A stretch of DNA of 64,000 nt, taken from the NCBI GenBank assembly GCA_963736115.1, contig CAVTNR010000012.1, positions 96,001 to 160,000 of the forward strand, given 5' to 3'. Shown piece by piece: positions 10,412 to 19,786 of the stretch; positions within the stretch are counted from its first letter, which is position 1, and each line of letters opens with the position of its first letter. The notes beneath the pieces are model-generated. The model made no database searches, was not told the origin of the DNA, and saw only the letters and a program-made list of their open reading frames with translations. This stretch comes from an uncultured bacterium (lineage in GTDB: Bacteria > Zhuqueibacterota > QNDG01 > DTFT01). A program made the translations under genes and the position numbers.

Positions 10412-11173
10412 TCACGTATCGGACAAGCACGCCATCAGCCGGCGGCACAGAAAGGCGTGCGCCTCGCCGGCCGGGTCGAGATACTCCATGTGCCCCATGC
10501 CCGGCAATTCAATCAGCTCAATGGTATCACCCGCTCCGGCGGCCGCGGCCGAGTACCTGCGCGACAGGTCAACGGGCATGGTCTCGTCCGCCGTACCGTG
10601 GAGGAGGATCTGCCGGACGCCCAATGGCAGCAATTCCATCGGTGAGGCGGATTCATACCGCTCCGGGACCTGATCCGGAAGTCCGCCGATCAGTTCTGCA
10701 ACGACATCCCCGCCGATTCCGCGATGGCAGGCATCCGCGAGGTCCGTTATCGGCGCAAGCCCGATCACTGCCCGGATGCGAATCCGTTTCGTATGAAGCG
10801 TGCCGTCTCGCCGTTTACCCGCGGCCCAGAGTGCCAGGTGCCCGCCCGCGGAATGACCCACCGTCACGACGCGACCAAGGTCGAGATCAACGCCCTCGAG
10901 TTCGAGCTGTTCGAGATAGTCTATGCCGGCCGCCGCGTCTTCCATTGTGGTTGGCCATCCGGCCCCGGCGCTTCCCAGCCTGCGGTATTCCAGGTTCCAG
11001 ACCGCGAAACCGCGGGAGGCCAGGTCCTCCGCGATTGCGGTCATCTGATCACGGCCATAGTACATTTTCCAGAATCCCCCATGCAGCAGACAGATAACGG
11101 GCGGCCGTTTCCTTTTGGGGAGGCGCAGGTCGGCTTCCTGGTCTTCAGCCGGACCGTAATGGAAGGTTTGCAT
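10412..11173 (-). CDS. Alpha/beta hydrolase (esterase/lipase)
   Basis: HGGFW, EYRR, GHSAGG nucleophile elbow, HGTAD, GH. Confidence 0.9.
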   Translation of the reverse strand: MQTFHYGPAEDQEADLRLPKRKRPPVICLLHGGFWKMYYGRDQMTAIAEDLASRGFAVWNLEYRRLGSAGAGWPTTMEDAAAGIDYLEQLELEGVDLDLGRVVTVGHSAGGHLALWAAGKRRDGTLHTKRIRIRAVIGLAPITDLADACHRGIGGDVVAELIGGLPDQVPERYESASPMELLPLGVRQILLHGTADETMPVDLSRRYSAAAAGAGDTIELIELPGMGHMEYLDPAGEAHAFLCRRLMACLSDT

Positions 11174-11231
11174 GTTTGACTTTCAAGAAAGTCGGCCACC
11201 TTCTCCATGAAGGTAAGCGATGTTCACATTC

Positions 11232-11650
11232 CTACTTCAGAACCAGCATTTTTCGGGTTTCCACACCTGAATGGCCCGCATTCAGTTGAATAAAATACGC
11301 GCCGCTCGGCAGGTTGTCTGCGTAGAACCGGATGGAATGTGTTCCTGCGGTCTGAATCTCATTCATCAGAGTCCGTATGTCTTTTCCGTATAGGTCGACT
11401 ATTTTCAATCGGACCGGCCCTGTTTTCTGCAGATCGTATGTGATTATGGTTTCAGAATTGAATGGATTGTGATGATTGGGATGCAGTCTGAATGAATTGC
11501 CCGCTTCGGAGGCTCGTTCGTAATCCCACTGTTGATCGAGTGTCCGAAGGCGACCAGTTAGAGCCAGGCGGTTCCATCCAGACTCGACCACGGGACGGCC
11601 CAGATTCCGGCCATGGCGCCCGGATCATCGTTGTAACGCGGAACCATCCC
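11232..11650 (-). pseudogene. Degraded 3' remnant of a secreted protein with a T9SS type A/FlgD-like CTD
   Basis: Eroded CTD (FRLHPNHHNPFNSET..LPSGAYF..RKMLVLK) with no signal peptide; the upstream frames are interrupted. Confidence 0.7.
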
Positions 11651-11837
11651 ATGCTTATTGATTAATTTGTGTGTCGTTGGTCTCAGCGATTACATCGCGC
11701 ATCTTTCACATTCGTTGGTCGTAACCATCCACCTCTTTCCGATTCCGATAATCGGCGTGGATCTGAATTATTTCATCATACTGCAATGGATGGGGCAAAT
11801 ATATCATTCCTTTTACCGCCGGGTAAAATGAGCAAGA

Positions 11838-12512
11838 TCATGGTCTCGGTTTTTTTGGTAAAATGAAAGATGTTTTCGATTTGTACGTTCGATATGCCTC
11901 GCCAAATCGAAGCTCCAATTCCCGCTCCTCATACACTTTTAGAAAGACGAGCCATGCCGGTGTCACTAAAATCAATATCCAAATTATAAAAAACGTTGAC
12001 TGCAGCCACAAACCCAACGCCACAAGACAGGACAGCAAGGCCAAGGCCATCGGATTCCGTGTCCAGGAATATAACCAATCTGTTGCGAGTCGACGACTGA
12101 GAGATATGGCAAATGGCGCTCCCAGTCCTCGCAGGGCAAGATTGACCACCGTGAGCAGTAAAAAAGCTCCTGTAATTAAAAACAGGGTTATCCCAAGAGT
12201 ATGTGAAATCGGAATGGCAACTCCCTGCCAGGTGTCGTTCGTTTTGATCGCCATTATAATCCCGGTCCCAAATAACAACATCAAGCCTGCATGTACAAAT
12301 GAAGTTATATATTCGACTCGGTGTAACGACGGTCTCCTGTCGAGAAGTTGGCGACCGATCACGACTGTCGGGAATGTGGCAAATATAGTTCCGACAATAC
12401 AAACAAGATTCACCATGGTCGAAAATGATTGCTGAAGGATCCAACTCCAAAATATCAGGGTACATGCAAAAGTGACAACTTGTATCAGGGTTTGAGTCGT
12501 TTTATGCATCAT
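11838..12512 (-). CDS. Isoprenylcysteine/phospholipid methyltransferase (PEMT/ICMT) family membrane protein
   Basis: LYSWTRNPM and EERELELRFGEAYRTYK motifs with TM helices. Confidence 0.85.
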   Translation of the reverse strand: MMHKTTQTLIQVVTFACTLIFWSWILQQSFSTMVNLVCIVGTIFATFPTVVIGRQLLDRRPSLHRVEYITSFVHAGLMLLFGTGIIMAIKTNDTWQGVAIPISHTLGITLFLITGAFLLLTVVNLALRGLGAPFAISLSRRLATDWLYSWTRNPMALALLSCLVALGLWLQSTFFIIWILILVTPAWLVFLKVYEERELELRFGEAYRTYKSKTSFILPKKPRP

Positions 12513-12566
12513 CGATCTCCAAGATACAGATCAAGGTTCGGCACTTTGGTTATCACCCAAGATGGC

Positions 12567-12580
12567 CGATAACGACGCGG
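12567..12580 (-). repeat. Possible attC remnant (R' end only)
   Basis: CGATAAC-GACGCG resembles the (N)AAC-GATGCG end of the intact attC sites; the rest is missing. Confidence 0.35.
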
Positions 12581-12621
12581 TTTTATCTTCCAGTGGAAGG
12601 CTTTTTTTAGAATTTCTCCGG

Positions 12622-13311
12622 TTATTTCTTTTCACTTCCAATCAGTCGATAGATAACAGCACCAAGCATACCGCCGATGATAGGGGCCACCCAGAAAAGC
12701 CAAAGTTGTGAAATCGCCCAATCGCCGGCAAACAGGGCGACGCCGGTACTGCGCGCAGGATTCACCGAGGTGTTTGTAACCGGGATGCTGATCAAATGAA
12801 TGAGAGTCAGGCAGAATCCGATGGCGATGGGCGCGAAACCCTCTTGTGCACGTTTATCAGTGGCGCCCATGATGACAAGGAGAAACATCATGGTCATGAC
12901 CACTTCAGTGATCAGGGCAGCAGGCAAACTGTAACCGCCGGGCGAATGAGTACCGTAGCCATTTGAGGCAAAGCCGGTGGATAAATCAAAACCTGCCGTA
13001 CCCGAAGCAATCAGATACAGAACGCCGCCTGCGGCCAATCCGCCCAGAACCTGCGAAACGATGTAAGGCAGCAGCTCTTTTGCCGGGAAAGGACCGCCGG
13101 CCCAAAGGCCTAATGAAACGGCCGGGTTGAGGTGACAGCCTGATATATGCCCGATGGCGAAAGCCATCGTGAGCACGGTCAAACCAAATGCCAGGGAAAC
13201 TCCGAGTAGACCGATACCGACATCCGGAAACGCAGCAGCTAATACGGCGCTTCCGCAGCCACCAAGAATCAGTCAGAATGTTCCAAAAAACTCCGCGCCA
13301 TATTTCTTCAT
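12622..13311 (-). pseudogene. aqpZ: Aquaporin Z with an in-frame TGA at codon 13
   Basis: [22 protein letters not shown], with TGA at 13273-13275 replacing the conserved Trp; both NPA motifs are intact. Confidence 0.9.
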
Positions 13312-13341
13312 GATTATCTCCTTTTTAATATTAATTATTAT

Positions 13342-13430
13342 GCTCAACCGGCAGGCTGAGCGGGCGGGCATGATCGGTTTCGGATTGCTTGCCCCTCCCG
13401 GAAGTGATAACTGAGTACCGTCCGCCCTAC
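13342..13430 (-). repeat. Truncated attC site
   Basis: GCTCAAC core, then GCGGGCGGGCATGATCGGTTTCGGATTG identical to the next attC; the other core box is lost. Confidence 0.7.
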
Positions 13431-13462
13431 TGTCATATCATATTTGCTTAATCCCATCTTAC

Positions 13463-13567
13463 ACATAACTGCAAATGTGCGGGCGGGCATGATCGGTTTC
13501 GGATTGTTCGCTTCTCAGAGAAGTCAAGACTGATTAGGGCACCGTCTGCACTATTTTTGGGTTAGGC
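13463..13567 (-). repeat. attC site
   Basis: ACATAAC...GTTAGGC with the family internal sequence GGGCACCGTC. Confidence 0.8.
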
Positions 13568-13585
13568 GATTGTCTCAAATCTCCC

Positions 13586-13966
13586 CTAACAATTCGCGGT
13601 TTTGATGAATAGAAAAAATGCATAACTAATCGCTAGGAGACCATACAAGGCCAAACTAAACCAGCCAAAAATATTCACAGTTCCGGTAAACTGAAACTCA
13701 ATCGATGCAATACACCCGATTACGTCCTGAATTAAGAGAGCGATAGCGATTGCTCTACGCGTATCAACAGATGTAACTCTCTTTCCGTAATACATGAGAG
13801 TCGCTAAACCTAGAATCGACCCACCTACTAAGCGAGCTGTCCAAATGGCTGCGTCATCGGGAGCAAGACCATACAATTTGAAAACCCAATGAGGAAAAAG
13901 AGAACACGATCCGCCAAAGAATATGGCAAAAAATATATTTATAGAGAAAAGATGACGCAATTTCAT
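13586..13966 (-). CDS. Cassette-encoded four-TM membrane protein
   Basis: GGAGG RBS before ATG 13966; hydrophobic protein; bounded by matching core sites at 14051 and 13561. Confidence 0.75.
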   Translation of the reverse strand: MKLRHLFSINIFFAIFFGGSCSLFPHWVFKLYGLAPDDAAIWTARLVGGSILGLATLMYYGKRVTSVDTRRAIAIALLIQDVIGCIASIEFQFTGTVNIFGWFSLALYGLLAISYAFFLFIKTANC

Positions 13967-14050
13967 ATTACCTCCGTATAATTTCAGCATAAACCGATAA
14001 TAAATTGTCGTTTGTACTAACAATGTCTTCTAAATATCTTCCCGACATCC

Positions 14051-14152
14051 GCCTAACATAATCATCCCGGGGTGGACATTATCGGTAACGGATTGCACAT
14101 CCTTTAAAAAGCCACAACTGAGTATGGGCACCGTCCGCCCGAGATGCAGGGC
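14051..14152 (-). repeat. Degenerate attC site
   Basis: GCCTAAC...AACTGAGTATGGGCACCGTCCGC...GCAGGGC, where GTTGGGC would be expected. Confidence 0.7.
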
Positions 14153-14160
14153 AGCGAATT

Positions 14161-14495
14161 TTAAAAAGTTAGTATTTTTTCTGACCATTCGATCATTTTA
14201 ACACAATCTACCATTGTTGATAGCGGGCATGCATCAGTACCATCTTTATTGCGAGTTTTAAAACATGTCCCACATGCAAGGATATTTCCACCTAGTTCGA
14301 TGAATTTTATGAGTTGTTCATTTACATTATACTTATCATGAGTCAATCCTTCACATTCAACAGCCTCCCCCATAAGAAATATTTTCAGTGTATGTCCTTC
14401 TATAATTGCTGTAACCCCGAATCGAAAAGCATTCCAAGCTTTTCATATTCCTTAGTTTCTAAAATAATTCCAATTTTAATTTGATTGCCTTTCAT
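14161..14495 (-). pseudogene. DsrE/F-family protein, frameshifted
   Basis: MKGNQIKIGIILETKEYEK shifts frame near 14440 into AWNAFRFG..IFLMGEAVE..ACGTC..CPLSTM. Confidence 0.75.
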
Positions 14496-14533
14496 TAAGA
14501 ATCTTAACTGTATTCATAATCTAAATGATCTAT

Positions 14534-14641
14534 GCCCAACGATGCGCATGACCGGCGGGCCGCTTTAGGTTACGATTTGCAGGGCCTTCCCGAATTAACT
14601 ACTGAGCAGGGACACCGTCCGCTCGATGCGCTGGGTTAGCC
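14534..14641 (-). repeat. attC site
   Basis: GCCCAAC...GTTAGCC with imperfect inverted arms, 4 nt beyond the stop of the radical SAM gene. Confidence 0.85.
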
Positions 14642-14645
14642 AAAT

Positions 14646-16066
14646 TTATCTAAAAATACCCTGTATATAACCAAAAACTTCCTTGGGTTGATTAAAAAGT
14701 TGATCGAATAATAACTTTATTGAGAAATTCGGATATTTTCTCACGAGTCTCCAAATTCTTGAACTATTCTTGAATATTTTAAATGCAATTTCATCTCTTA
14801 ATTTTTCAAGATCGTCTGCTGTTAGGTGATTTGTCTTCACATTTGCATGAAACAGGTCATATCTTGAATAGTCGTATTTATTGGTAATTAATTCGCACTT
14901 TAATAGTTCTTCGCGAATTTCAGTTTTAGGAAATGGTGTCAGTATTAGAAAAAGCGGAATATCTACATCAATTTTGTTGGCATAATAAAAATTTTCATAA
15001 ACACTTTCACGCGTATCATCCGGGTTCCCAATTATAAACGATCCAATGACTGTGATACCATAGCCCTGTAACTCATTGATAATATCTTTAGTCTCGGAAT
15101 GTTGGATTTTTTTTGCATCTAAAAAATCAATATTTTTAGTACTGACATTTTCAATCCCAAGAAAACATATATTTACACCTGCCTCAGACATTAGCTTCAG
15201 CAAACCTGGTGCTCGTTTTAGACCAGGAATGCTTGCCTGCACAGCATACTTTATATCATTCAACTTATTATTGAATAATTTCCTTACAAAGGTTTTCAAA
15301 ACGAATAGCATCCACTGTAATATTATCATCAACAATGAGAATTGCTTGAGCTCCATGATTACGAGCATCCATAATATCTTCGATAACTCGTTCAATCTTA
15401 TATTTTCTAAATGTTGTACCGTACATTTGACGGATACTACAGAACTTGCAATGATTTACACATCCTCGCGATGTTTCAATAACATCAGCAGGAGTTCCTA
15501 AAATATGAAATCCCTTTTTTGAAAACACGATTTGATCTATCGGGAATTTTTACATGATCCAGATCAAGAATTTTACCTTGTGGATTATGGATAATAGTGT
15601 CCTTTTTTATATATGAGAGGGATGGAATATCCTCATATTTTCCATCACTTTGAATTTGTTCTATCAATAGGTTGAATGTGATTTCACCTTCATTCCTTAT
15701 AATGAAATCGATGTTCTGTCCGTGGGGGCCAAGAAATAGATTTTCAAACTCGACCGTGGCATGATAGCCGCCCCAAATAATTTTTATTTGTGGGTTATAT
15801 TCTCTAACCACTGTGGCAAGTTTCATCGTATCTTCATATTGAAAGGTCATACAACTGAATCCGACAACATCCGGATCATAGACTTTGAGATAATTTAATA
15901 AATATTGACTTGGTTCATTTTTTGCCAAAACCAGATCCAATATCTTTACATAGTTATTTTCACCAGAAATATTAGCAGCAATAGAATTCAAACCCAGATT
16001 GGGAAGTTTTGTAACTCTATCGAATCCAATAATTGTTTTAGGGCTACTTAAGAGTAATATTCGCAT
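14646..16066 (-). pseudogene. B12-binding radical SAM protein split by two frameshifts
   Basis: Three overlapping ORFs: B12 domain (PDVVGFS..GGYHAT..EGE), SRGCVNHCKFC (CxxxCxxC), and FLGIEN..FIIGNP..TPFPKT. Shifts lie near 15515 and 15275. Confidence 0.85.
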
Positions 16067-16094
16067 GGTGATTTCGATTTAAATTAATTTTTAT

Positions 16095-16199
16095 GGCTAA
16101 CGATGCGTTTGAGCGTGCGGGCATGACTGCTATCGGCCTGAAGATCCTTCAAGAAGCCACAACTGTGTAGGGCACCGTCCGCTCAAGGTGGGGTTAATG
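16095..16199 (-). repeat. attC site
   Basis: GGCTAAC-GATGCG..TTGAGCG...GGGCACCGTCCGCTCAA...GTTAATG. Confidence 0.85.
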
Positions 16200-16239
16200 G
16201 CTTTGCAGTTTCTTTCATTATAATTTTAATCAGTAATTT

Positions 16240-16932
16240 CTACAAAATTTGATAACAAATCGATAGATATGGATATATTTGATCAATTTTCATGAAACCA
16301 TATATGTTTGGATCATTTATGGGGTCAACCGGATTGATATCTTTTTGTGCTCTCAGGCTTTTTATGTCCTGTTTTTTTAATGAATATCTTATCCCAATAG
16401 GAATACTTAATCTATTCGATATTTTGAATTTAATCTCTCCGTAAAAACAGCCAGTCCGCTTTTTTAAATTATTTGTTTCTGTATTTGTTGAAAATCCCAA
16501 ATTTGTTGGCAAATAATTGGATTTCAATTCATATCCATTGAAAATGATTGATCCACCAAATTTTAATTTGAAAATAGTGTTTAAGTCACTCTCAAAATAA
16601 ATCGCAGGCTGAAATTGATAAATGGATAACTTTTTATCGAGACTCCGTACGTCGGAGAAAGAAAGTTTTTGAATAGATGATAATGGTAAATAATCAATTC
16701 GAAAGCCGAAACCAATTTGATCATGATTATTCGTATAGATACTTTTATTTATTTCAATTCCAAAATATAGTTTATTCCAAGTCACCTTGATATCTTTGGG
16801 CTGTTCCATGTTGAATTTTGGCTCTGTCGATAATCCATTAACTCTATTTAACAGAAAGCCAACATTTATACTATTTGAAAATGCTTGATGATATAAAATC
16901 ACTAAAATGATCAGAAAAGTCTTTTTATACAT
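16240..16932 (-). CDS. Cassette-encoded hypothetical exported protein, possibly a beta-barrel
   Basis: GGAGG RBS before ATG 16932, signal-like N-terminus, amphipathic strands, very AT-rich. The longer ORF call runs into the attC. Confidence 0.65.
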   Translation of the reverse strand: MYKKTFLIILVILYHQAFSNSINVGFLLNRVNGLSTEPKFNMEQPKDIKVTWNKLYFGIEINKSIYTNNHDQIGFGFRIDYLPLSSIQKLSFSDVRSLDKKLSIYQFQPAIYFESDLNTIFKLKFGGSIIFNGYELKSNYLPTNLGFSTNTETNNLKKRTGCFYGEIKFKISNRLSIPIGIRYSLKKQDIKSLRAQKDINPVDPINDPNIYGFMKIDQIYPYLSICYQIL

Positions 16933-16951
16933 ATTATCCCTCCATTCATTG

Positions 16952-17059
16952 CCATAACGGTCTGCGCATGAGCGGCGGACGACGTTAACCAACGGCTTGC
17001 AGAAAATCAAAGAAGCCTATGCAAAGCAGGTTTCCGTCCGCTCAATGCGCGGGTTCGGC
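16952..17059 (-). repeat. attC site (best preserved)
   Basis: Minus strand GCCGAAC..GCGCATTGAGCGGACGGA pairs with TCCGCCGCTCATGCGC..GTTATGG, leaving two extrahelical bases. Confidence 0.9.
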
Positions 17060-17090
17060 AAAAATCAATGTGTTTATTTGTATTGTTACT

Positions 17091-17369
17091 TTAGATATTC
17101 TGACGCGTATGAATTACAGCTAGAATATCGATTTGGTCAGGTTTAACAAAGTAGATGATACGGTATAATCCTTCAAATACTTCTCGGATTTGTTCCATTT
17201 CATATTCAGGAACTTTTCTGCCAGATAATGGAAAATCAGCTATTTGAATGGATCGTCTAGTAATTCGGTCGACCGTCTGTTTTGCGTATTCTGGGGAATC
17301 AAGAGATATATATGAGTAAATGGCATCGAGATGGTTCTCCGCCGTTTCTGTCCAGAAGACTTTCATCAC
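17091..17369 (-). CDS. RelE/ParE-family toxin
   Basis: KVFWTETA..L..I, FPLSGRKVPE, YRIIY, ILAVIH. Confidence 0.9.
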   Translation of the reverse strand: MMKVFWTETAENHLDAIYSYISLDSPEYAKQTVDRITRRSIQIADFPLSGRKVPEYEMEQIREVFEGLYRIIYFVKPDQIDILAVIHTRQNI

Positions 17370-17551
17370 GTTAAACCATATTTATCTCTTAATTCACTTA
17401 CATCTTTTACTTTTCCCGATTTACTGTCTGAGAGACCTTTTTCGATTACTTGACGCACATAAATTTCGTAGATAAGATCATCCCATGTTGAATTATCCGG
17501 CATCTTATCTATAAGTTTATGGGCGTCATCTTTAATAATTGAAGTTGGCAT
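17366..17551 (-). CDS. Cognate antitoxin
   Basis: 61 aa with STWDDLIYEIYVRQVIEKGL; overlaps the toxin start by 4 nt. Confidence 0.8.
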   Translation of the reverse strand: MPTSIIKDDAHKLIDKMPDNSTWDDLIYEIYVRQVIEKGLSDSKSGKVKDVSELRDKYGLT

Positions 17552-17616
17552 ATTATCCTCTCATTTGAATTCTATAATAATATACAGCTATTATTTTGAA
17601 TTTTCAATATTTAATA

Positions 17617-17655
17617 GCCGAACCTATTATTATACGGCCAATTCCCCAACAAACC
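17617..17655 (-). other. attI-like recombination site
   Basis: Minus-strand GTTCGGC (17623-17617) is complementary to the R'' box GCCGAAC of the first attC and is not preceded by an attC hairpin. Confidence 0.6.
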
Positions 17656-17773
17656 ACATTTCTTGATACAGGTATTTCTTGGCCTCTGGAGGAAGAAAAA
17701 ACTGAAATGGCTGATACAAGGCCTTTAATGTTTCTCTATGCATACATTTTCCTGAAAGAGGCTATATCCAGTA

Positions 17774-18121
17774 TCAGTCATGTTTTTCAACTATCCGCAT
17801 TTCAAGCCCCAATGACCTGACCTCGCTCAGCGGGACCATCCATACTTGCCTGTCCGGATCCCACTTTCCGCCCGCGCATTTCACCAGTATTCTGAGGTAT
17901 TTCTCTCCAAATCCGATCCGAAGAGCGACCCTATTATTCGGCGGAGGTGCAGACGATTTCGGCGCCCAGGCCTGTTTATCAATCAGGATTTCAACCGTTT
18001 TCGTCTTTTCCCCGGTCTCTGAATCGTACCGATACCGTACGCAGATCAGGCGATCGCCGTACTCGCGCAGTTGTTTCTTCGATCCCGGGCGGCCGGGCAG
18101 TATTTTTTTCGTGAACCGCAT
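17774..18121 (-). CDS. Small basic hypothetical protein next to attI
   Basis: 115 aa with PGRPGSKK..YGDRLICVRYRYD..KTVEI and a C-terminal AGGKWDP..W segment resembling DUF5710. Confidence 0.7.
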   Translation of the reverse strand: MRFTKKILPGRPGSKKQLREYGDRLICVRYRYDSETGEKTKTVEILIDKQAWAPKSSAPPPNNRVALRIGFGEKYLRILVKCAGGKWDPDRQVWMVPLSEVRSLGLEMRIVEKHD

Positions 18122-18308
18122 GGAATTACCGATAGGATTGCGGGAGTTTCCGCGTGCCGGAAAACCGGAAATCGAAGGCCGGGGAGACCGCGCGTTGCGG
18201 TTTCTTCGCAAAGGAACGTCCGGACGGGATGGTTTCCGCTGGACATGGGCTCCCCCCTTCCGTTGAAGTGCGTGATGGATAACAGAAGGACTTTATTGAA
18301 CTTGGAAT

Positions 18309-18337
18309 ATTATACAAATTGATACTTATAAAAACAA
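18309..18337 (-). promoter_or_regulatory. Sigma70-type promoter facing the small gene and cassette array
   Basis: TTGTTT-N17-TATAAT on the minus strand. Confidence 0.5.
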
Positions 18338-18464
18338 GATAAATTTTGATATTCAGGAGCGATTCTCAAGGGAAGACGGATCGCCGCAATAAGGTCCTTC
18401 GGGTGTAAAGCATGGGAGCGGCGCTCAGGACGACGAGAAATGGCCCGCCTCTTGTCAACTCCCT

Positions 18465-18514
18465 GGCTGAGTTCTGGTAAAACCAGAACTCAGCCGTCCC
18501 CCTTTCAGGGGGAC
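18465..18514. repeat. Paired intergenic palindromes (REP-like)
   Basis: GGCTGAGTTCTGGT-AAA-ACCAGAACTCAGCC followed by GTCCCCCT-TTC-AGGGGGAC. Confidence 0.65.
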
Positions 18515-18521
18515 ATATCAT

Positions 18522-18551
18522 AAAAAAGCCCGTCCCTTTTCAGGAACGGGC
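18522..18551 (-). terminator. Intrinsic terminator of module A
   Basis: Minus strand GCCCGTTCCT-GAAA-AGGGACGGGC-TTTTTT. Confidence 0.8.
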
Positions 18552-18592
18552 AGGACATCAGAGTATAGGATTGGGAAAAACCGGTAAAATCC

Positions 18593-19786
18593 TTACCATC
18601 TCCCGTAATACGGCGCGCCGGGCTCGCCCATGTCGATTCTGTGGACGTTTCCGGCCCCGTTGATGAGCATCATGGCATACAGATAATTCCCGGTTCCCCA
18701 GACGGTCTTTTCGATCCCGGTTGTCAGAATGCCTTTGTAAAAGGCCTCCTGGGTTCCATCCGGGTTCAGGACAAAGACCGGGTTCACGTTGTCCGTGGAG
18801 ATGAAAATCTGGCCGTCCACGGAAAAGGCCATGTCCTTGAATGCGGCCGTGTTGTACGGCGCGATGGCGTTGGCCTTGTCGAGCACCAGCTCGCGTTCGC
18901 CCAGGGTGCCGATCGCGTCCATGATCGGGTGCCGCCAGATCGCGGTCTGGGTTTTGGTTTCAACCCAGACATAGACGAATCCGTTGAAAACGCGGACGTC
19001 CTTGACATCATCGCTGGCGTACAACCCGATGGCCGCATTGGAGCCGTCCGGCTGGACGACGAAGAGATCGGCCGACTTGCCGGACATGTACAGAATGCCG
19101 TTCGAATCAAAGTCGCCCACCGAGATTTTCTTCTTCATGGTCAGCCATTTGGCTTCGGTCCCATCCGCGGGGTTCCACTTCGCGACCGCCGTGCTGTTCG
19201 CGAACACCACGATGGTGTTGTCCGGCGCCAATACCGCGTCCGTCAGAACCTTGGTCACGGTCCCGGCCGCCGTCTTTTCTCCGGACGGCGTGACCCGGAC
19301 CACGCTCAAATCGGCGAAAAAGGCATAGAGGTTCTCTTGGCTGTCCAGCGCGATCGCCTTGATTACCGTGCCCTCGAGGAACTGGCCGTACTCGGCTTTC
19401 ACCGGGTCGGTGGTGAATAGCAACGGGGCCACAGCCATGGACAAGGCGTCATACGAAACGACCTTAATCGATACCGTTCCGGTCACGGACGGCCGCCGGA
19501 CCGTCAGGCTGGTCGGCGACGCGGCGATCAGGTCGGCCTCGCTGGAGCCGAAATAAACCTTGTTCCGGTCTATCGTCGCCCCGAAGTTCCGGCCCTGCAG
19601 GACGATCGTGTTCACGCCCGCGGTCGCGCGGTCCGGAACCACGGCCGTGACGGCCGGAGCCGCGGGAATCGTGACTGAATCGTCGTATCTTGGCTCGGCC
19701 ACGTTGTATTCGCATCCCGCCGCGGCGAGCAGAAGGACCGCGCAGGCCGATGCCGGCAGGATCCAGCCGTATTGAAAGCGTTTCAT
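18593..19786 (-). CDS. IPT/TIG plus beta-propeller lipoprotein (module A)
   Basis: Lipobox AAGC, IPT motif (IVLQGRNF..NKVYF..SPTSLTV) and NHL-like repeats. Confidence 0.85.
   Translation of the reverse strand: MKRFQYGWILPASACAVLLLAAAGCEYNVAEPRYDDSVTIPAAPAVTAVVPDRATAGVNTIVLQGRNFGATIDRNKVYFGSSEADLIAASPTSLTVRRPSVTGTVSIKVVSYDALSMAVAPLLFTTDPVKAEYGQFLEGTVIKAIALDSQENLYAFFADLSVVRVTPSGEKTAAGTVTKVLTDAVLAPDNTIVVFANSTAVAKWNPADGTEAKWLTMKKKISVGDFDSNGILYMSGKSADLFVVQPDGSNAAIGLYASDDVKDVRVFNGFVYVWVETKTQTAIWRHPIMDAIGTLGERELVLDKANAIAPYNTAAFKDMAFSVDGQIFISTDNVNPVFVLNPDGTQEAFYKGILTTGIEKTVWGTGNYLYAMMLINGAGNVHRIDMGEPGAPYYGRW

Larger units (their letters stand above)
11232..17650 (-). mobile_element. Integron-type gene cassette array lacking an integrase (CALIN-like)
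   Basis: Co-oriented AT-rich genes separated by related attC hairpins of about 105 bp. The 7-bp core sites match across cassettes (GCCGAAC/GTTCGGC, GGCTAAC/GTTAGCC, GCCTAAC/GTTAGGC). The left boundary is uncertain. Confidence 0.85.

Noticed and set aside
9292-11173. HXXEE, DUF3788 and hydrolase genes as further cassettes
   Set aside because: They are co-oriented and cassette-like in content, but I find no convincing attC between them.
13273-13275. TGA recoding (Trp or Sec) in aqpZ
   Set aside because: TGA terminates many other genes in the window and the position is a conserved Trp, so a nonsense change or base error is simpler.
13342-17059. Repeats read as a CRISPR array
   Set aside because: The units are about 105 bp, imperfect and separated by whole genes. 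They have attC core boxes and there are no cas genes.
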